NCBI GenBank assembly: GCA_023379125.1 | Contig: JAMCSY010000010.1 | Span: 913-64,912 of the forward strand | DNA length: 64,000 nucleotides | From: Patescibacteria group bacterium | Lineage (GTDB): Bacteria > Patescibacteriota > Microgenomatia > Daviesbacterales > UBA10151 | Direction of reading: 5' to 3' | Shown: positions 19,409 to 29,576 of the stretch, in pieces | Layout of the letters: each line of letters starts with the position of its first letter | Numbering within the stretch: the first letter of the stretch is position 1 | Position numbers and translations under genes: made by a program | The notes under the pieces: model-generated | Seen by the model: the letters and a program-made list of their open reading frames with translations, nothing else | Database searches by the model: none | What the model was told of the DNA's origin: nothing

Positions 19409-20896
19409 ATGAAATTTCAGCTAAAAAAAGAGCATTTAATACTCATTATTTTATTGGTTTTGGCTGCCTTTTTAAGATTTTATAAATTAGCTGATTATAT
19501 GAATTTTTTGGGAGACGAGGGCCGGGATGCTCTGATTGTTAAGGATATTCTGGTTGGACATCATATTCCACTTTTAGGTCCACCTACCTCGGTGGGCAAT
19601 GTTTATTTAGGGCCTCTTTACTATTATATGATGGCAGTTGCGATGGGGATTGTTTGGCTTAACCCGGTAGCCGCTGCTGGAATGGTTGCTTTAATTGGGG
19701 TGCTAACCATATTTTTAATTTATTATTTAGCTAAGAGATGGTTTGGTATAGTGCCTGCTTCTTTAACTGCTTTTTTATATACAGTTTCCCCAATTACTAT
19801 TACTGCCTCACGTTCTTCCTGGAATCCTAACCCAGCTCCATTTTTCACACTGCTGGCTTTTTTAACTCTCGATCAGGCTCGAAAAAGTAAAAATTTTATT
19901 TGGTTTGGATTAGCTGGTGTTTTTATGGCAGCGGCTGCCCAAATGCATTATTTAGCCTTGATTTTAATACCTATTTTTGGATGTCTGTGGATTTATGAAC
20001 TAGTCCGAGTTATACAGAATAAAGGCTGTAAGCATTTTATCTGGGGGACTGTATTATCAATTACTGGATTTATCATTGTGATGTTGCCACTGGTAGTCTT
20101 TGATTTAAGACATAATTTAATGAATTACCATGCAATGGTAGCCATGTTTAGTCAAAGTGGTTCCGCGGTTAATTTTAATCTTCTGCAAACTTTTGCCAAG
20201 ATAGTTCCTATTTATAATAGTCTATTAATTGGTAGATATTTAGCAGCGGAAAATACCTACTTAACATATTTACTGGCGGCTTTGGTACTCGCTCCAATCA
20301 TCTATGAGATATATAGAATTGTAAGCAAAAAAACCTTCAGCTGGCCTTATTTTGCTTTAACTATTTGGTTGTTGGTAGGACTAATAGGAATGTCTTTTTA
20401 CCAGCAAGCAATTTTTGACCACTACTTAGCTTTTTTAAGTCCGGCACCTTATTTATTGTTAGCAGCATTACTTGCTTTGTTGAAAAAATACTGGCGATAT
20501 AGTTTGCTAACTTGCTTGGTGATTTTGATTTGCTGGGTAAGTTTGCCTCAAAATATCTTATTAAGGAAACCCAATAAACAATTGCAAAGGACCCAAGAAA
20601 TCGCCAAATTTGTAATCGCTCAAGCCAGTAATCAACCCTTTAATTTTGCCTTAATTGCTAAAAATAACTATGATGCAGCTTACCAATATTATCTTGATTT
20701 GTATGGTCACCAACCTGGGGTGGTTCCAGCTCAAATTACAGATCAATTGTTTGTGGTCTGTGAGGATGAAGTTTGTCAGCCAGTTAACAATCCAAAATAC
20801 GAGATAGCAGGCTTTGGCTGGGCCAAGATTGATCAAGAGTACCTGGTTGATGGTTTGAAAATTTACAGACTTGTCCACAATCCGTCAGGTAAGTAG
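19409..20896 (+). CDS. GT-C membrane glycosyltransferase, PMT/ArnT-like (family A, divergent subtype)
   Basis: At least 10 TM helices. The first extracytoplasmic loop carries FLGDEGRDAL (a DE motif). The gene is paired with the upstream GT2. The track start at 19340 is likely upstream of the true ATG at 19409. Confidence 0.6.
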   Translation: MKFQLKKEHLILIILLVLAAFLRFYKLADYMNFLGDEGRDALIVKDILVGHHIPLLGPPTSVGNVYLGPLYYYMMAVAMGIVWLNPVAAAGMVALIGVLTIFLIYYLAKRWFGIVPASLTAFLYTVSPITITASRSSWNPNPAPFFTLLAFLTLDQARKSKNFIWFGLAGVFMAAAAQMHYLALILIPIFGCLWIYELVRVIQNKGCKHFIWGTVLSITGFIIVMLPLVVFDLRHNLMNYHAMVAMFSQSGSAVNFNLLQTFAKIVPIYNSLLIGRYLAAENTYLTYLLAALVLAPIIYEIYRIVSKKTFSWPYFALTIWLLVGLIGMSFYQQAIFDHYLAFLSPAPYLLLAALLALLKKYWRYSLLTCLVILICWVSLPQNILLRKPNKQLQRTQEIAKFVIAQASNQPFNFALIAKNNYDAAYQYYLDLYGHQPGVVPAQITDQLFVVCEDEVCQPVNNPKYEIAGFGWAKIDQEYLVDGLKIYRLVHNPSGK

Positions 20897-20931
20897 CTTT
20901 TATCAAGTTAACTTGCGTATAATTTAAAAGC

Positions 20932-21702
20932 ATGAGTAACACAAAATTATCAGTAGTGATCCCAGCCTATAATGAAGAAAAAAATCTTTCTTCAGGATCT
21001 ATCGGCGAAGTAGCTGATTATTTATCAAAACAGGATTTTACATACGAGGTTTTGATCGTTGACGATGGCTCAACTGATCAGACTGCCTCTGTGGTAGAAA
21101 AACAAATCCGCAACAAAAAAGGCTTTAGACTAATTAAAAATAAGCATGGTGGCAAGGCCCTAACTGTTATCTCGGGAATGTTGCAGACAAGGGGAGAAGT
21201 AGCAGTTTTTACAGACATGGATCAGGCTACTCCTTTGAATCAGATAGAGAAATTTCTCCCCAAATTCGAAGAAGGTTTTGATATCGTGATTGGTAGAAGG
21301 GAGGGGAGAAAAGGAGCCCCACTTGCTCGTAAGGTGATTGCTTGGGGGTTTGCTATGAGTAGGACTTTACTGTTAGGCTTACCTTTTGCTGATACTCAGT
21401 GTGGGTTTAAGGCTTTTAACCAAAAAGCCATCCAGGCTGTTTTCCCCACTTTGGAAACAGTTTGGCAAAAAGCAAGAAGTGAGGGAGCTACAGTCAATGC
21501 TGGTTTTGATGTCGAGATGTTGTTTATGGCAAAAAAACTAAGTTTGAAAATCGCTGATGTGCCGGTTGAGTGGCATTACGTAGGCACTGAACGAGTGCAC
21601 CCTTTTCAAGATGCTATGGAAGCAATTCAAGATATGTTCAGAATAAGGCTAAAAAACATCCAGGGAGGTTATGGTCAAATTTCTCAAAACACACTGGATT
21701 AG
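20932..21702 (+). CDS. GT2 glycosyltransferase (polyprenyl-phosphate sugar synthase-like)
   Basis: LSVVIPAYNEEKNL...VLIVDDGSTDQT...FTDMDQATP. Confidence 0.8.
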   Translation: MSNTKLSVVIPAYNEEKNLSSGSIGEVADYLSKQDFTYEVLIVDDGSTDQTASVVEKQIRNKKGFRLIKNKHGGKALTVISGMLQTRGEVAVFTDMDQATPLNQIEKFLPKFEEGFDIVIGRREGRKGAPLARKVIAWGFAMSRTLLLGLPFADTQCGFKAFNQKAIQAVFPTLETVWQKARSEGATVNAGFDVEMLFMAKKLSLKIADVPVEWHYVGTERVHPFQDAMEAIQDMFRIRLKNIQGGYGQISQNTLD

Positions 21703-23197
21703 TTTGAGCATAATTCTGGCAATTTCACTTGTCTATTTCCTGATTAGGCTGCCGAATTTAACAATGCAGCCTATTTTTGCTGACGAGGCAATTTATATTC
21801 GTTGGGCACAGGTAATGAAGGCAGAACCCTCTTTGCGCTTTTTGCCCCTGACTGATGGTAAGACACCACTTTTTATGTGGATTTTGATGGGGGTTTTGAA
21901 ATTTGTTCATGACCCTCTCATGGCGGGCAGGTTATTATCTATTATATCTGGCTACTTTACTCTGCTCGGTGTATTTGCGATTGGTTGGAGATTTTTTAAT
22001 TTTCGAGTTGGTCTTTACTCAGCGCTTTTAGTTACAGTTGTTCCATTCATGGTTTTTCTGGATAGAATGGCTTTAGTTGATTCAATGACAGCAGCATTTT
22101 CAGTCTGGGCTCTATTTAGTGCCCTCTTACTGATTAAGGAAGAAAGAATCGATTTGGCGATGATACTAGGTTATTTTTATGGTGGTGGATTATTAACCAA
22201 AACGCCAGCGCTTTTTAGTATTTTAATGCTGCCAACAACCTTAATTACATTTGACTGGAAATCCAAAATTAGCCAACACAAATTACTAAGACTACTTTGT
22301 TTATGGGTAATTGCGCTGGTGATTGCTTTTGGAATTTATAACTTACTAAGACTAGGTTCAGGCTTTGCGAATTTGAGTTCACGCAATCAGGATTATATTT
22401 TTTCTCCTCTTCAGACTTTAGTCCATCCATTTGATCCATTTATTCCTCATTTGCAAGACACAATTATTTGGTTTATCGATTTGCTATCATGGCCAATTTT
22501 GTTGCTTCTTGTGGGGGGAATTGTAGGGATAATCTATCATAAAAATAAAACTGGTTGGGCAATTTTTCTATGGGGATTATTACCGATGTTAATTTTACTT
22601 GCCTTTCTAAAAACTTTTACCACTCGTTATATTTTATCTTCAATCCCCCCGCTACTAATTATTGCTGCCTTAGCCTTGGATCAATTAGGTAGATGGCTAG
22701 AAACCAGAATTAAGCTTAGTATGCACATGATATTATTGTTACTCCTTCTTTGGCCTATTTATTTGTCATATCTGATTGTGACTCAGCCACTTGTCGCAAT
22801 TTTACCTAGATCAGAAAGAAGTGGTTATTTTGAAGATTGGACAGCTGGCTGGGGGCTAAGGGAGATTGCTCAGTACTTAACTCAACAATCTCAGCAAGGG
22901 TTGGTAGTGGTTGCAACTGAAGGAATTTTTGGGACTTTGCCCGATGGTTTGCAAATTTATTTTGATAAAAATACTCAAGTTGTCTTCAAACCAGGTAATG
23001 CTTCTGCCTCAGCTCAGCTTCGTCAAACAGCCAGCGAGCACTCAACATTCTTGGTAGTTAATAGTAATAGATTTTCTGGAAACCAAGAAGGCTTACAGCT
23101 GATTCAATCTTACCCCAAAGCTAAAGCACCTGATGGTCATCAGGACTCAATGTTGCTCTTTAAAGTTTTACCAGCAGATTTATCTGGGACTAATTAA
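21671..23197 (+). CDS. GT-C membrane glycosyltransferase, ArnT-like (family A)
   Basis: MQPIFADEAIYIRWAQ resembles the ArnT DExRYA loop motif. The protein has about 12 TM helices and is paired with the upstream GT2. Confidence 0.6.
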   Translation: MVKFLKTHWISLSIILAISLVYFLIRLPNLTMQPIFADEAIYIRWAQVMKAEPSLRFLPLTDGKTPLFMWILMGVLKFVHDPLMAGRLLSIISGYFTLLGVFAIGWRFFNFRVGLYSALLVTVVPFMVFLDRMALVDSMTAAFSVWALFSALLLIKEERIDLAMILGYFYGGGLLTKTPALFSILMLPTTLITFDWKSKISQHKLLRLLCLWVIALVIAFGIYNLLRLGSGFANLSSRNQDYIFSPLQTLVHPFDPFIPHLQDTIIWFIDLLSWPILLLLVGGIVGIIYHKNKTGWAIFLWGLLPMLILLAFLKTFTTRYILSSIPPLLIIAALALDQLGRWLETRIKLSMHMILLLLLLWPIYLSYLIVTQPLVAILPRSERSGYFEDWTAGWGLREIAQYLTQQSQQGLVVVATEGIFGTLPDGLQIYFDKNTQVVFKPGNASASAQLRQTASEHSTFLVVNSNRFSGNQEGLQLIQSYPKAKAPDGHQDSMLLFKVLPADLSGTN

Positions 23198-23199
23198 TA

Positions 23200-24915
23200 A
23201 TGATGAGTAAAATATTTAGTATTGTAAATAAAAATAAAATTTTCTTACTACTGATGTTGTTGGTTATCCCAGCCTATGTGGCACTGATTAGGCCAGGATA
23301 TTTTTTTATGCAGGATGACATGCAAGCTTTCCGAATTCAGCAGATGGATAAATGTATTCAGGATGGTCAAATACCTTGTCGTTGGGTCCCTGATGCTGGA
23401 TATCAATATGGTTATCCTGAGTTTAATTATTACCCACCAAGCGTTTATTACTTAGGGGAAGCTCTCCATCTTCTTGGTGTACAGTTTATTGATGCAGTTA
23501 AAATATTATTCATTTTAGGTTATATCCTGTCAGCAGCAACAATGTTTGTCTTGCTTCGTGCATGGTTAGGGGAGTATCCTGCTTTAATTGGGGCAGTACT
23601 TTACACCTATACTCCTTATAAAGCGGTGGAGGTTTATTTGAGGGGAGCATTAAGTGAATTTTGGAGTCTAGTTTTTTTCCCTCTGATCTTTTGGGCAAGC
23701 TTCCAGTTAATCAAACAGGGCAAATCAAGATATTTAATCTGGCTAGCTATCTCCATCGGTTTGCTACTAACCACCCACAATTTGATGTCAATGATCTTTA
23801 TGCCACTTGTGGCAATTTGGATTTTAATCTGGCTAATTCTCAATAAAGCTTGGTTCAGAATTCCCCAGCTTGTGATAGGTGGAGTATTAGGTTTGGGTTT
23901 GGCTTCCTTTTTTACTCTCCCAGTTTTGTTTGAAAGGCAGTATGCTCATTTAGAAACTTTGCTGGGAGGATATTTTGATTATCGTCAGCATTTTGTTGAC
24001 TTAAACCAGCTTTTTATTTCTAACCATTGGGGTTATGGTTCTTCAGAACTTGGTCCTGGGGATGATATGTCTCTTTCTACCGGTAATGTTTTATGGGTAG
24101 GGGCGGTATTGAGTACAGTATTAGCTCTGCTTGCAATTAAAAAGAATAAGGTCGTTTCGCTGGTGAGCTTGGCGTTAGGAGCAACTGTTCTAGTAGTGCT
24201 GTTTATGGTTCATCAAAAATCAAGTTTTATTTGGGCACAAATTCCACAGCTGTGGTACCTACAATTTCCCTGGCGATTCTTGACTGATTCAATATTTTTG
24301 TTAAGTATTCTTTCTGCAGTAGCAATTTACCTGGCAAAAATAAAATTTAATACCAGAGTTTCTGTGAGCTTAGGTATATTGTTGATTTTAGCAACATTCA
24401 TACTTCATCATAGTTTTTTCCAGCCGAAAGAATGGTACAACATCACAGATCAGGATAAATTTTCTGGAGTATTATGGCAAAAGGAATTAACAATTAGCAT
24501 TTTTGATTATTTACCTATTTATGCTAAATTGCCTCCTAATCACGCAGCGCCAGCCGTGCCGGAAATTTTAGATGGGCAAGCTCAATTTGTTAGCTATCAA
24601 AAGGGAAGCGATTTCCAAACTGGACGAATCCAGGTCGAGCAAGCAGCTACAGTTAGATTTCCACTTTTTGATTTTCCTGGAATGAAGGTTTTTTTGGATG
24701 GACAAGAAATCAATCACCATCATTATGACTGTCGCAATGAAGAATATTGTTTAGGCTTAATTACCACTTTAGTTCCAACAGGTACTCATACTTTGATAGT
24801 TCGCTTAACTAATACTCCAATCAGATTATTTGGGAATATCATCAGTATTATCTCAATAATAATTATCTTATATCTCGTTTTTGGGTGGAGGTATGTTCAT
24901 AAAGTTAAAAGCTAA
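23200..24915 (+). CDS. Uncharacterised polytopic membrane protein, 'family B' putative GT-C (1 of 4 tandem paralogs)
   Basis: Motifs FMQDDMQAFRIQQM, DGQIPCRWVPDAGYQYGYPEFNYY, RGALSEFWSL, LTTHNLMS, WGYGSSELGPGDD and QFPWRFL. It has about 13 TM helices and a C-terminal soluble domain with a final TM. Confidence 0.6.
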   Translation: MMSKIFSIVNKNKIFLLLMLLVIPAYVALIRPGYFFMQDDMQAFRIQQMDKCIQDGQIPCRWVPDAGYQYGYPEFNYYPPSVYYLGEALHLLGVQFIDAVKILFILGYILSAATMFVLLRAWLGEYPALIGAVLYTYTPYKAVEVYLRGALSEFWSLVFFPLIFWASFQLIKQGKSRYLIWLAISIGLLLTTHNLMSMIFMPLVAIWILIWLILNKAWFRIPQLVIGGVLGLGLASFFTLPVLFERQYAHLETLLGGYFDYRQHFVDLNQLFISNHWGYGSSELGPGDDMSLSTGNVLWVGAVLSTVLALLAIKKNKVVSLVSLALGATVLVVLFMVHQKSSFIWAQIPQLWYLQFPWRFLTDSIFLLSILSAVAIYLAKIKFNTRVSVSLGILLILATFILHHSFFQPKEWYNITDQDKFSGVLWQKELTISIFDYLPIYAKLPPNHAAPAVPEILDGQAQFVSYQKGSDFQTGRIQVEQAATVRFPLFDFPGMKVFLDGQEINHHHYDCRNEEYCLGLITTLVPTGTHTLIVRLTNTPIRLFGNIISIISIIIILYLVFGWRYVHKVKS

Positions 24916-26620
24916 TTGGCCCTATCTAGTAATTTTTGTACTATCTTTATTGGTGGTATGGCCACTGTTTTATAGTGGCTATTTTTCTCATCATGATGAT
25001 CTTCAAGTAATGCGTATTTTTGAGATGAGACGCTGTCTGGTAGATGGGCAGATTCCTTGTCGTTGGGTACCTGATATGGGTTGGGGTAACGGTTACCCAC
25101 TTTTTAATTATTACAGCGTGTTGCCTTATTATGTTGGAGCTCTTTTTAGTTTTTTGGTGGGTTTTATATGGGCTGCCAAAATATTATTCTTTATCCCGTT
25201 GTTTCTTGGTGGGTTTGCCGTATTTATCTTAGCCAAAGAGTTGGTTAATAAAACGGCGGCTCTGGCGACAGCGAGTTTGTTTATTTTTGCTCCATATCGA
25301 GCACTTGATGCTTATGTCCGCGGTGATGTAACAGAAAGTTTAGCAATCGCTGTAGTCCCCTTGGTTTTTTACTATATCTTGCGCCTAGTTAAACAGCCAG
25401 ACCTGGTAAATTTTCTTAAACTGAGTTTGTTTCTTAGTATCTTCTTGCTTAGTCATAATATTATGATCATGCTGTTTGGTCCGGTTTTATTTGTATGGTC
25501 TGTTTATTGGCTAGTTATTTTGAGGAGTAAGGCGGCAGTAAAATTGTTTTTAAGTGCTATTTTGTCAGTAGGCATAGCTAGCTTTTTTTTATTACCAGCT
25601 TTCCTGGAAAAAAACCTAGTTCAAACTGAAAATCTGATCACTTTTGATCTAAACTTCCGGGCCCATTTTGTGACAGTCTCTCAATTATTTTTTAGCAGAT
25701 TTTGGGGTTATGGAGCTTCTGTTTTAGGTCCTAATGATACTATTTCCTTTCAAATTGGTTGGCCACATTGGTGGTTAGTAGGGCTAAGTATTTTGGTTTG
25801 TTTATTAGGTTTATCACAACTGATTTTTCCGCGATTAATAAATCGGCTAATCAACAATAAATGGTTTCCCTGGCAGAAAATCACTTCTGCACAGTTATCT
25901 TTACTGAGTTTGTTACTGGTTATATTTTTTGGAGCAGCTTTGATGACTCATAATAAATCAGCAATTATTTGGGAACAATTCCCCATCTTGCAGTACACTC
26001 AGTTTCCCTGGCGTTTCTTATCAATTGTGATTTTATCTGCTTCGCTAGTTGGTGGAGTATTTGTTGCAACTTTGAAACCTCGTCGGCAAATTTATGCTAC
26101 ATTACTAATTTTAGTTTTGGCAGTGGGGTTAAATTTGGGATTTTTTCATCCGGACAAATATTATTTTAACTTAACAGATCAGCAGAAATTGAGTGGCCAA
26201 CTTTGGGATGATCAGCGTCAAGCATCAATTCTGGATTATTTACCCAAAACAGCAATTGAGCCCAAGCAGGCAGCACCTAACCAACCAATGATAACTCAGG
26301 GAAGTGCTCAGATCACAAATTTTATTAATTACTCTAATAGATTTAATTTTGGTATCGATGTTAATCAAGAAGCTGAGGTAGAAGTCCCAGTCTTTGATTT
26401 TCCCAATTGGATAGTCCTGGTCAATAGTAAATTATACACACATGATCATAATGATTTTCTAGGAAGGATTGAACTAAACTTACCACCCGGAAAATACTTC
26501 ATTGCAGGAGTGTTTACTAATACAATGATACGTAATGTGGCTAATGTAGTGTCGCTTAGTGCTTTGATACTTTTTTTGATACTTTTAGTTTATGCAAAGT
26601 TTAGAAAAAATATTAAATAA
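24881..26620 (+). CDS. Family B putative GT-C membrane protein (paralog 2)
   Basis: SHHDDLQVMRIFEM, DGQIPCRWVPDMGWGNGYPLFNYY, RGDVTESLAI, LSHNIMIM, WGYGASVLGPNDT, QFPWRFL. The true start may be the internal ATG at 24893. Confidence 0.6.
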   Translation: MGGGMFIKLKANWPYLVIFVLSLLVVWPLFYSGYFSHHDDLQVMRIFEMRRCLVDGQIPCRWVPDMGWGNGYPLFNYYSVLPYYVGALFSFLVGFIWAAKILFFIPLFLGGFAVFILAKELVNKTAALATASLFIFAPYRALDAYVRGDVTESLAIAVVPLVFYYILRLVKQPDLVNFLKLSLFLSIFLLSHNIMIMLFGPVLFVWSVYWLVILRSKAAVKLFLSAILSVGIASFFLLPAFLEKNLVQTENLITFDLNFRAHFVTVSQLFFSRFWGYGASVLGPNDTISFQIGWPHWWLVGLSILVCLLGLSQLIFPRLINRLINNKWFPWQKITSAQLSLLSLLLVIFFGAALMTHNKSAIIWEQFPILQYTQFPWRFLSIVILSASLVGGVFVATLKPRRQIYATLLILVLAVGLNLGFFHPDKYYFNLTDQQKLSGQLWDDQRQASILDYLPKTAIEPKQAAPNQPMITQGSAQITNFINYSNRFNFGIDVNQEAEVEVPVFDFPNWIVLVNSKLYTHDHNDFLGRIELNLPPGKYFIAGVFTNTMIRNVANVVSLSALILFLILLVYAKFRKNIK

Positions 26621-28298
26621 ATTTTGTTTTTTACTGGCGATTATTATTTCTTTGCCAGCAGTATGGACTCTCCTTCATCCAGGTTTTTTTGGTGTCTCTG
26701 ATGATTTACACGTAGCTTGGCTTTATGAAATGGGTCGTAGCCTGGCTGCTGGTCAGATTCCACCCAGATTTGTACCTGATTTGAGTTATGGTTTTGGCTA
26801 TCCTCTTTTTAATTTTGTTTTTCCTCTACCTTTTTATATTGGTGAGATCTTTCGTTTATTGGGTTCAAGTTTAGTGGACAGTGTCAAAGGAGTCTTCTTT
26901 TTAAGCTTACCAATTGGGGCTTTTTTTATGTATAAGTTGCTTAGGGAGTATACGAGTAATCTTCTGGCTTTAGCCGGAGTGGCTCTTTATTGTTATGCTC
27001 CTTATCGGGCTACTGATATATATGTGCGAGGAGCAATTGGGGAAATTTGGGCGTTTGCTTTACTACCACTAATAGCTTGGTCAATTCTCAAAGTGACGGA
27101 TTCTCAACAAAAGAAAATACTTTACTGGGTTGGGGTGGGTTCACTGGCTGTGGGAGGTTTAGTCTTAAGCCATAATATTGCCGCCTATATGTTTGCTCCA
27201 TATATTGTTTTATTGGTCTTGATGAGAGTTATTTCTCAAAAAAACTTCTCTATAAAAAAGATCTGGCCAGTTTTACTGACAGCTGTTGGAGGGTTTTTAG
27301 TCAGTATCTATTTCTGGTTACCAGCATTACTTGATAGCAGACAAGTCAAATATGATACTGTTTTTAACTTCATTGATCACTTTCCTACCTTAAAACAATT
27401 AGTAACACCGTATTTTGGTTATGGTGCTTCGGTGCCAGGACCTTATGATGGTATGTCATTTTTTTTGGGAGAAGGTAGTTTGTTGATGATTGTCATTGCT
27501 CTAATCAGCTTAGTTATTTTTTGGAAGAAATTGACAGTCAATCAACGCGTGCTTTTAATATGGGCCTGGTTAACAATTACCTCTGCTATTTTTATGATGA
27601 ACTATCGCTCTACTATTATATGGAAGACTATTCCTTTGCTGCCATATTTCCAATTCCCCTGGAGATTTTTAATGATGACAACTTTTGCGGTTCCACTATT
27701 GGTTATTGCTTTGCCTAAAACTAAATATACTAATCTTTTGGCAATTTTAATAATCTGTGTTGCTATTGTGCCTGCAATAAATGATTTTAAACCACAACAA
27801 TTCTTAAATAGATTTGATGATTATTATTTAAATAGATATATTCCCGTACCACAGGCATCAGTAGCATATCAGCAAACAGGTGAAGAATATCTGCGCTTAC
27901 CAATAGCCACATCTCAACGTCCTGATCACAACTATCCAATCCCCTCAATCAGTCAAGGCAAGATTAGTGATTTGGTGCAAATAAATAGTTTAAGTACAGA
28001 GTTGAATACCTCGACCGATCAGCCAGCCACCTTAAGCTACTATAAATATTTTTTTCCGGGTTGGATAGCAGAGATAGATGGTCAACAAGTTCCTTTACTA
28101 GCAGGACAACCTTTTGGACAAATCACTTTACAAGTACCATCGGGTCAACATCAAATAAGTATATATTTTACTGAAACACTGCTTAAGAGAATCCTGGATA
28201 TAATATCGATTTTGGCTATCTTAGTTAGCCTATTTGTGGTGATGAGCAATAACCTTTTATTAAAAATAACTCAAAAGTATAATATTAACAAACGATGA
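26592..28298 (+). CDS. Family B putative GT-C membrane protein (paralog 3)
   Basis: VSDDLHVAWLYEM, GQIPPRFVPDLSYGFGYPLFNF, RGAIGEIWAF, LSHNIAAY, FGYGASVPGPYDG, QFPWRFL. Confidence 0.6.
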   Translation: MQSLEKILNKFCFLLAIIISLPAVWTLLHPGFFGVSDDLHVAWLYEMGRSLAAGQIPPRFVPDLSYGFGYPLFNFVFPLPFYIGEIFRLLGSSLVDSVKGVFFLSLPIGAFFMYKLLREYTSNLLALAGVALYCYAPYRATDIYVRGAIGEIWAFALLPLIAWSILKVTDSQQKKILYWVGVGSLAVGGLVLSHNIAAYMFAPYIVLLVLMRVISQKNFSIKKIWPVLLTAVGGFLVSIYFWLPALLDSRQVKYDTVFNFIDHFPTLKQLVTPYFGYGASVPGPYDGMSFFLGEGSLLMIVIALISLVIFWKKLTVNQRVLLIWAWLTITSAIFMMNYRSTIIWKTIPLLPYFQFPWRFLMMTTFAVPLLVIALPKTKYTNLLAILIICVAIVPAINDFKPQQFLNRFDDYYLNRYIPVPQASVAYQQTGEEYLRLPIATSQRPDHNYPIPSISQGKISDLVQINSLSTELNTSTDQPATLSYYKYFFPGWIAEIDGQQVPLLAGQPFGQITLQVPSGQHQISIYFTETLLKRILDIISILAILVSLFVVMSNNLLLKITQKYNINKR

Positions 28299-29563
28299 AA
28301 TTATTTTCTCGGAAAATTTTGCTGGCTACAGTTTTACTAATTATTGTTAAGTTATTACTGGCGGCCATAAGTTTTCATGCAGATGTACAGGCTTTTGATT
28401 TTGGGGGTTGGCTAGTTAGTCATGGAAATATTGCTAATTTGTATGACTACTTGCCAAGTTTGCCTGCTGATAGTCCCATTCTTAAGATGTACCCGGTAGA
28501 CTTCTTGATTTACCCACCTCTAATATACTTTTACCATGGATTATTTGCTTTCATCTTTGATGTTGTATTAAGAGCTCCTTTTAAAGAATCTTTTCTCTTT
28601 GATGTTAATAATGTTTTTGGGGACTGGACTTTTAACTTACACCTACTTCTTTTAAAGGTTCCTTATCTATTTTTTGATTTAGCTACAGCCTATTTTTTGA
28701 GCCGGCTTTTTGATGATCGACGCAAAAAAACTATGGCCGCTGTCTTATGGCTAGTGAATCCAGTGAGTAATTATGCAACCTACTTGATGGGTCAATTTGA
28801 TGTTATACCAACTTTTTTTATGATTCTTTCTCTATGGGTAGTTCAGCGTCAAAAAAGCTGGTTATTTTTAAGAAGTGAAGTGCTCGGCACATTGGCTTTG
28901 GGATTAGGAGCTTCTTTTAAGATCTCGCCATTGTTTTTGCTTATCCCTCTTTCTTCTCTATTTTCCAGGTGGAAAACTCGGATCTTACTAGTTTTATTAG
29001 GCTTGGGAACATATGTTATATTTTTGTTACCATTTCTAGCTTCTTCAGGTTTTAGGCACTCTGCCTTAATAGCTAACCAGACGCTGAAAAGTTTATATCC
29101 AGAAATTATGATTTCTGGCGGAGAGGGGATTATGCTCTTTTTGCTTAGCTTGTTGTTTTTGTATTTTATTTTTTATAGCCGATTGGCTGAACGAACAAGT
29201 CTTTGGCAAAGATATCTGCTAACACTCCTATTATTTTTTACCTTTACTCACTATCACCCTCAGTGGTTTGTATGGATCACCCCCTTTTTTATTATTGAAC
29301 TTGTTTCTAATCAATTTAAGCATCTTTACTTAGTTTTAGTTACATTACTAAGTTTCTTGGGGCTATTATTTTTCTTTGATCCAGGATTATCAATTGGACT
29401 TTTTGCTCCTGTTGCACCTACTTTACACACAACGGCTAGTCTTTGGGATATAATTGGACTGAATATGGATTACACATTTTGGCGCAGCATCCTACAGACC
29501 CTCTTTGCTGCTGTAGCTGCTTTTTATTTCTATCTCTATTTTCCTAGATCATCTAAAATATAG
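28295..29563 (+). CDS. Polytopic membrane protein 'family C' (DUF2029/GT87-like putative GT-C); paralog of 36266-37519
   Basis: LKVPYLFFDLATAYFLSRLFDD..AAVLWLVNPVS...GQFDVIPT matches LKLPYLLLDILIAFLFLKLFNSD..GFVFWLFNPFS...GNLDVIVV in the paralog. The start overlaps the upstream gene by 4 nt. Confidence 0.5.
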   Translation: MKLFSRKILLATVLLIIVKLLLAAISFHADVQAFDFGGWLVSHGNIANLYDYLPSLPADSPILKMYPVDFLIYPPLIYFYHGLFAFIFDVVLRAPFKESFLFDVNNVFGDWTFNLHLLLLKVPYLFFDLATAYFLSRLFDDRRKKTMAAVLWLVNPVSNYATYLMGQFDVIPTFFMILSLWVVQRQKSWLFLRSEVLGTLALGLGASFKISPLFLLIPLSSLFSRWKTRILLVLLGLGTYVIFLLPFLASSGFRHSALIANQTLKSLYPEIMISGGEGIMLFLLSLLFLYFIFYSRLAERTSLWQRYLLTLLLFFTFTHYHPQWFVWITPFFIIELVSNQFKHLYLVLVTLLSFLGLLFFFDPGLSIGLFAPVAPTLHTTASLWDIIGLNMDYTFWRSILQTLFAAVAAFYFYLYFPRSSKI

Positions 29564-29576
29564 ATTTTAAAAACTT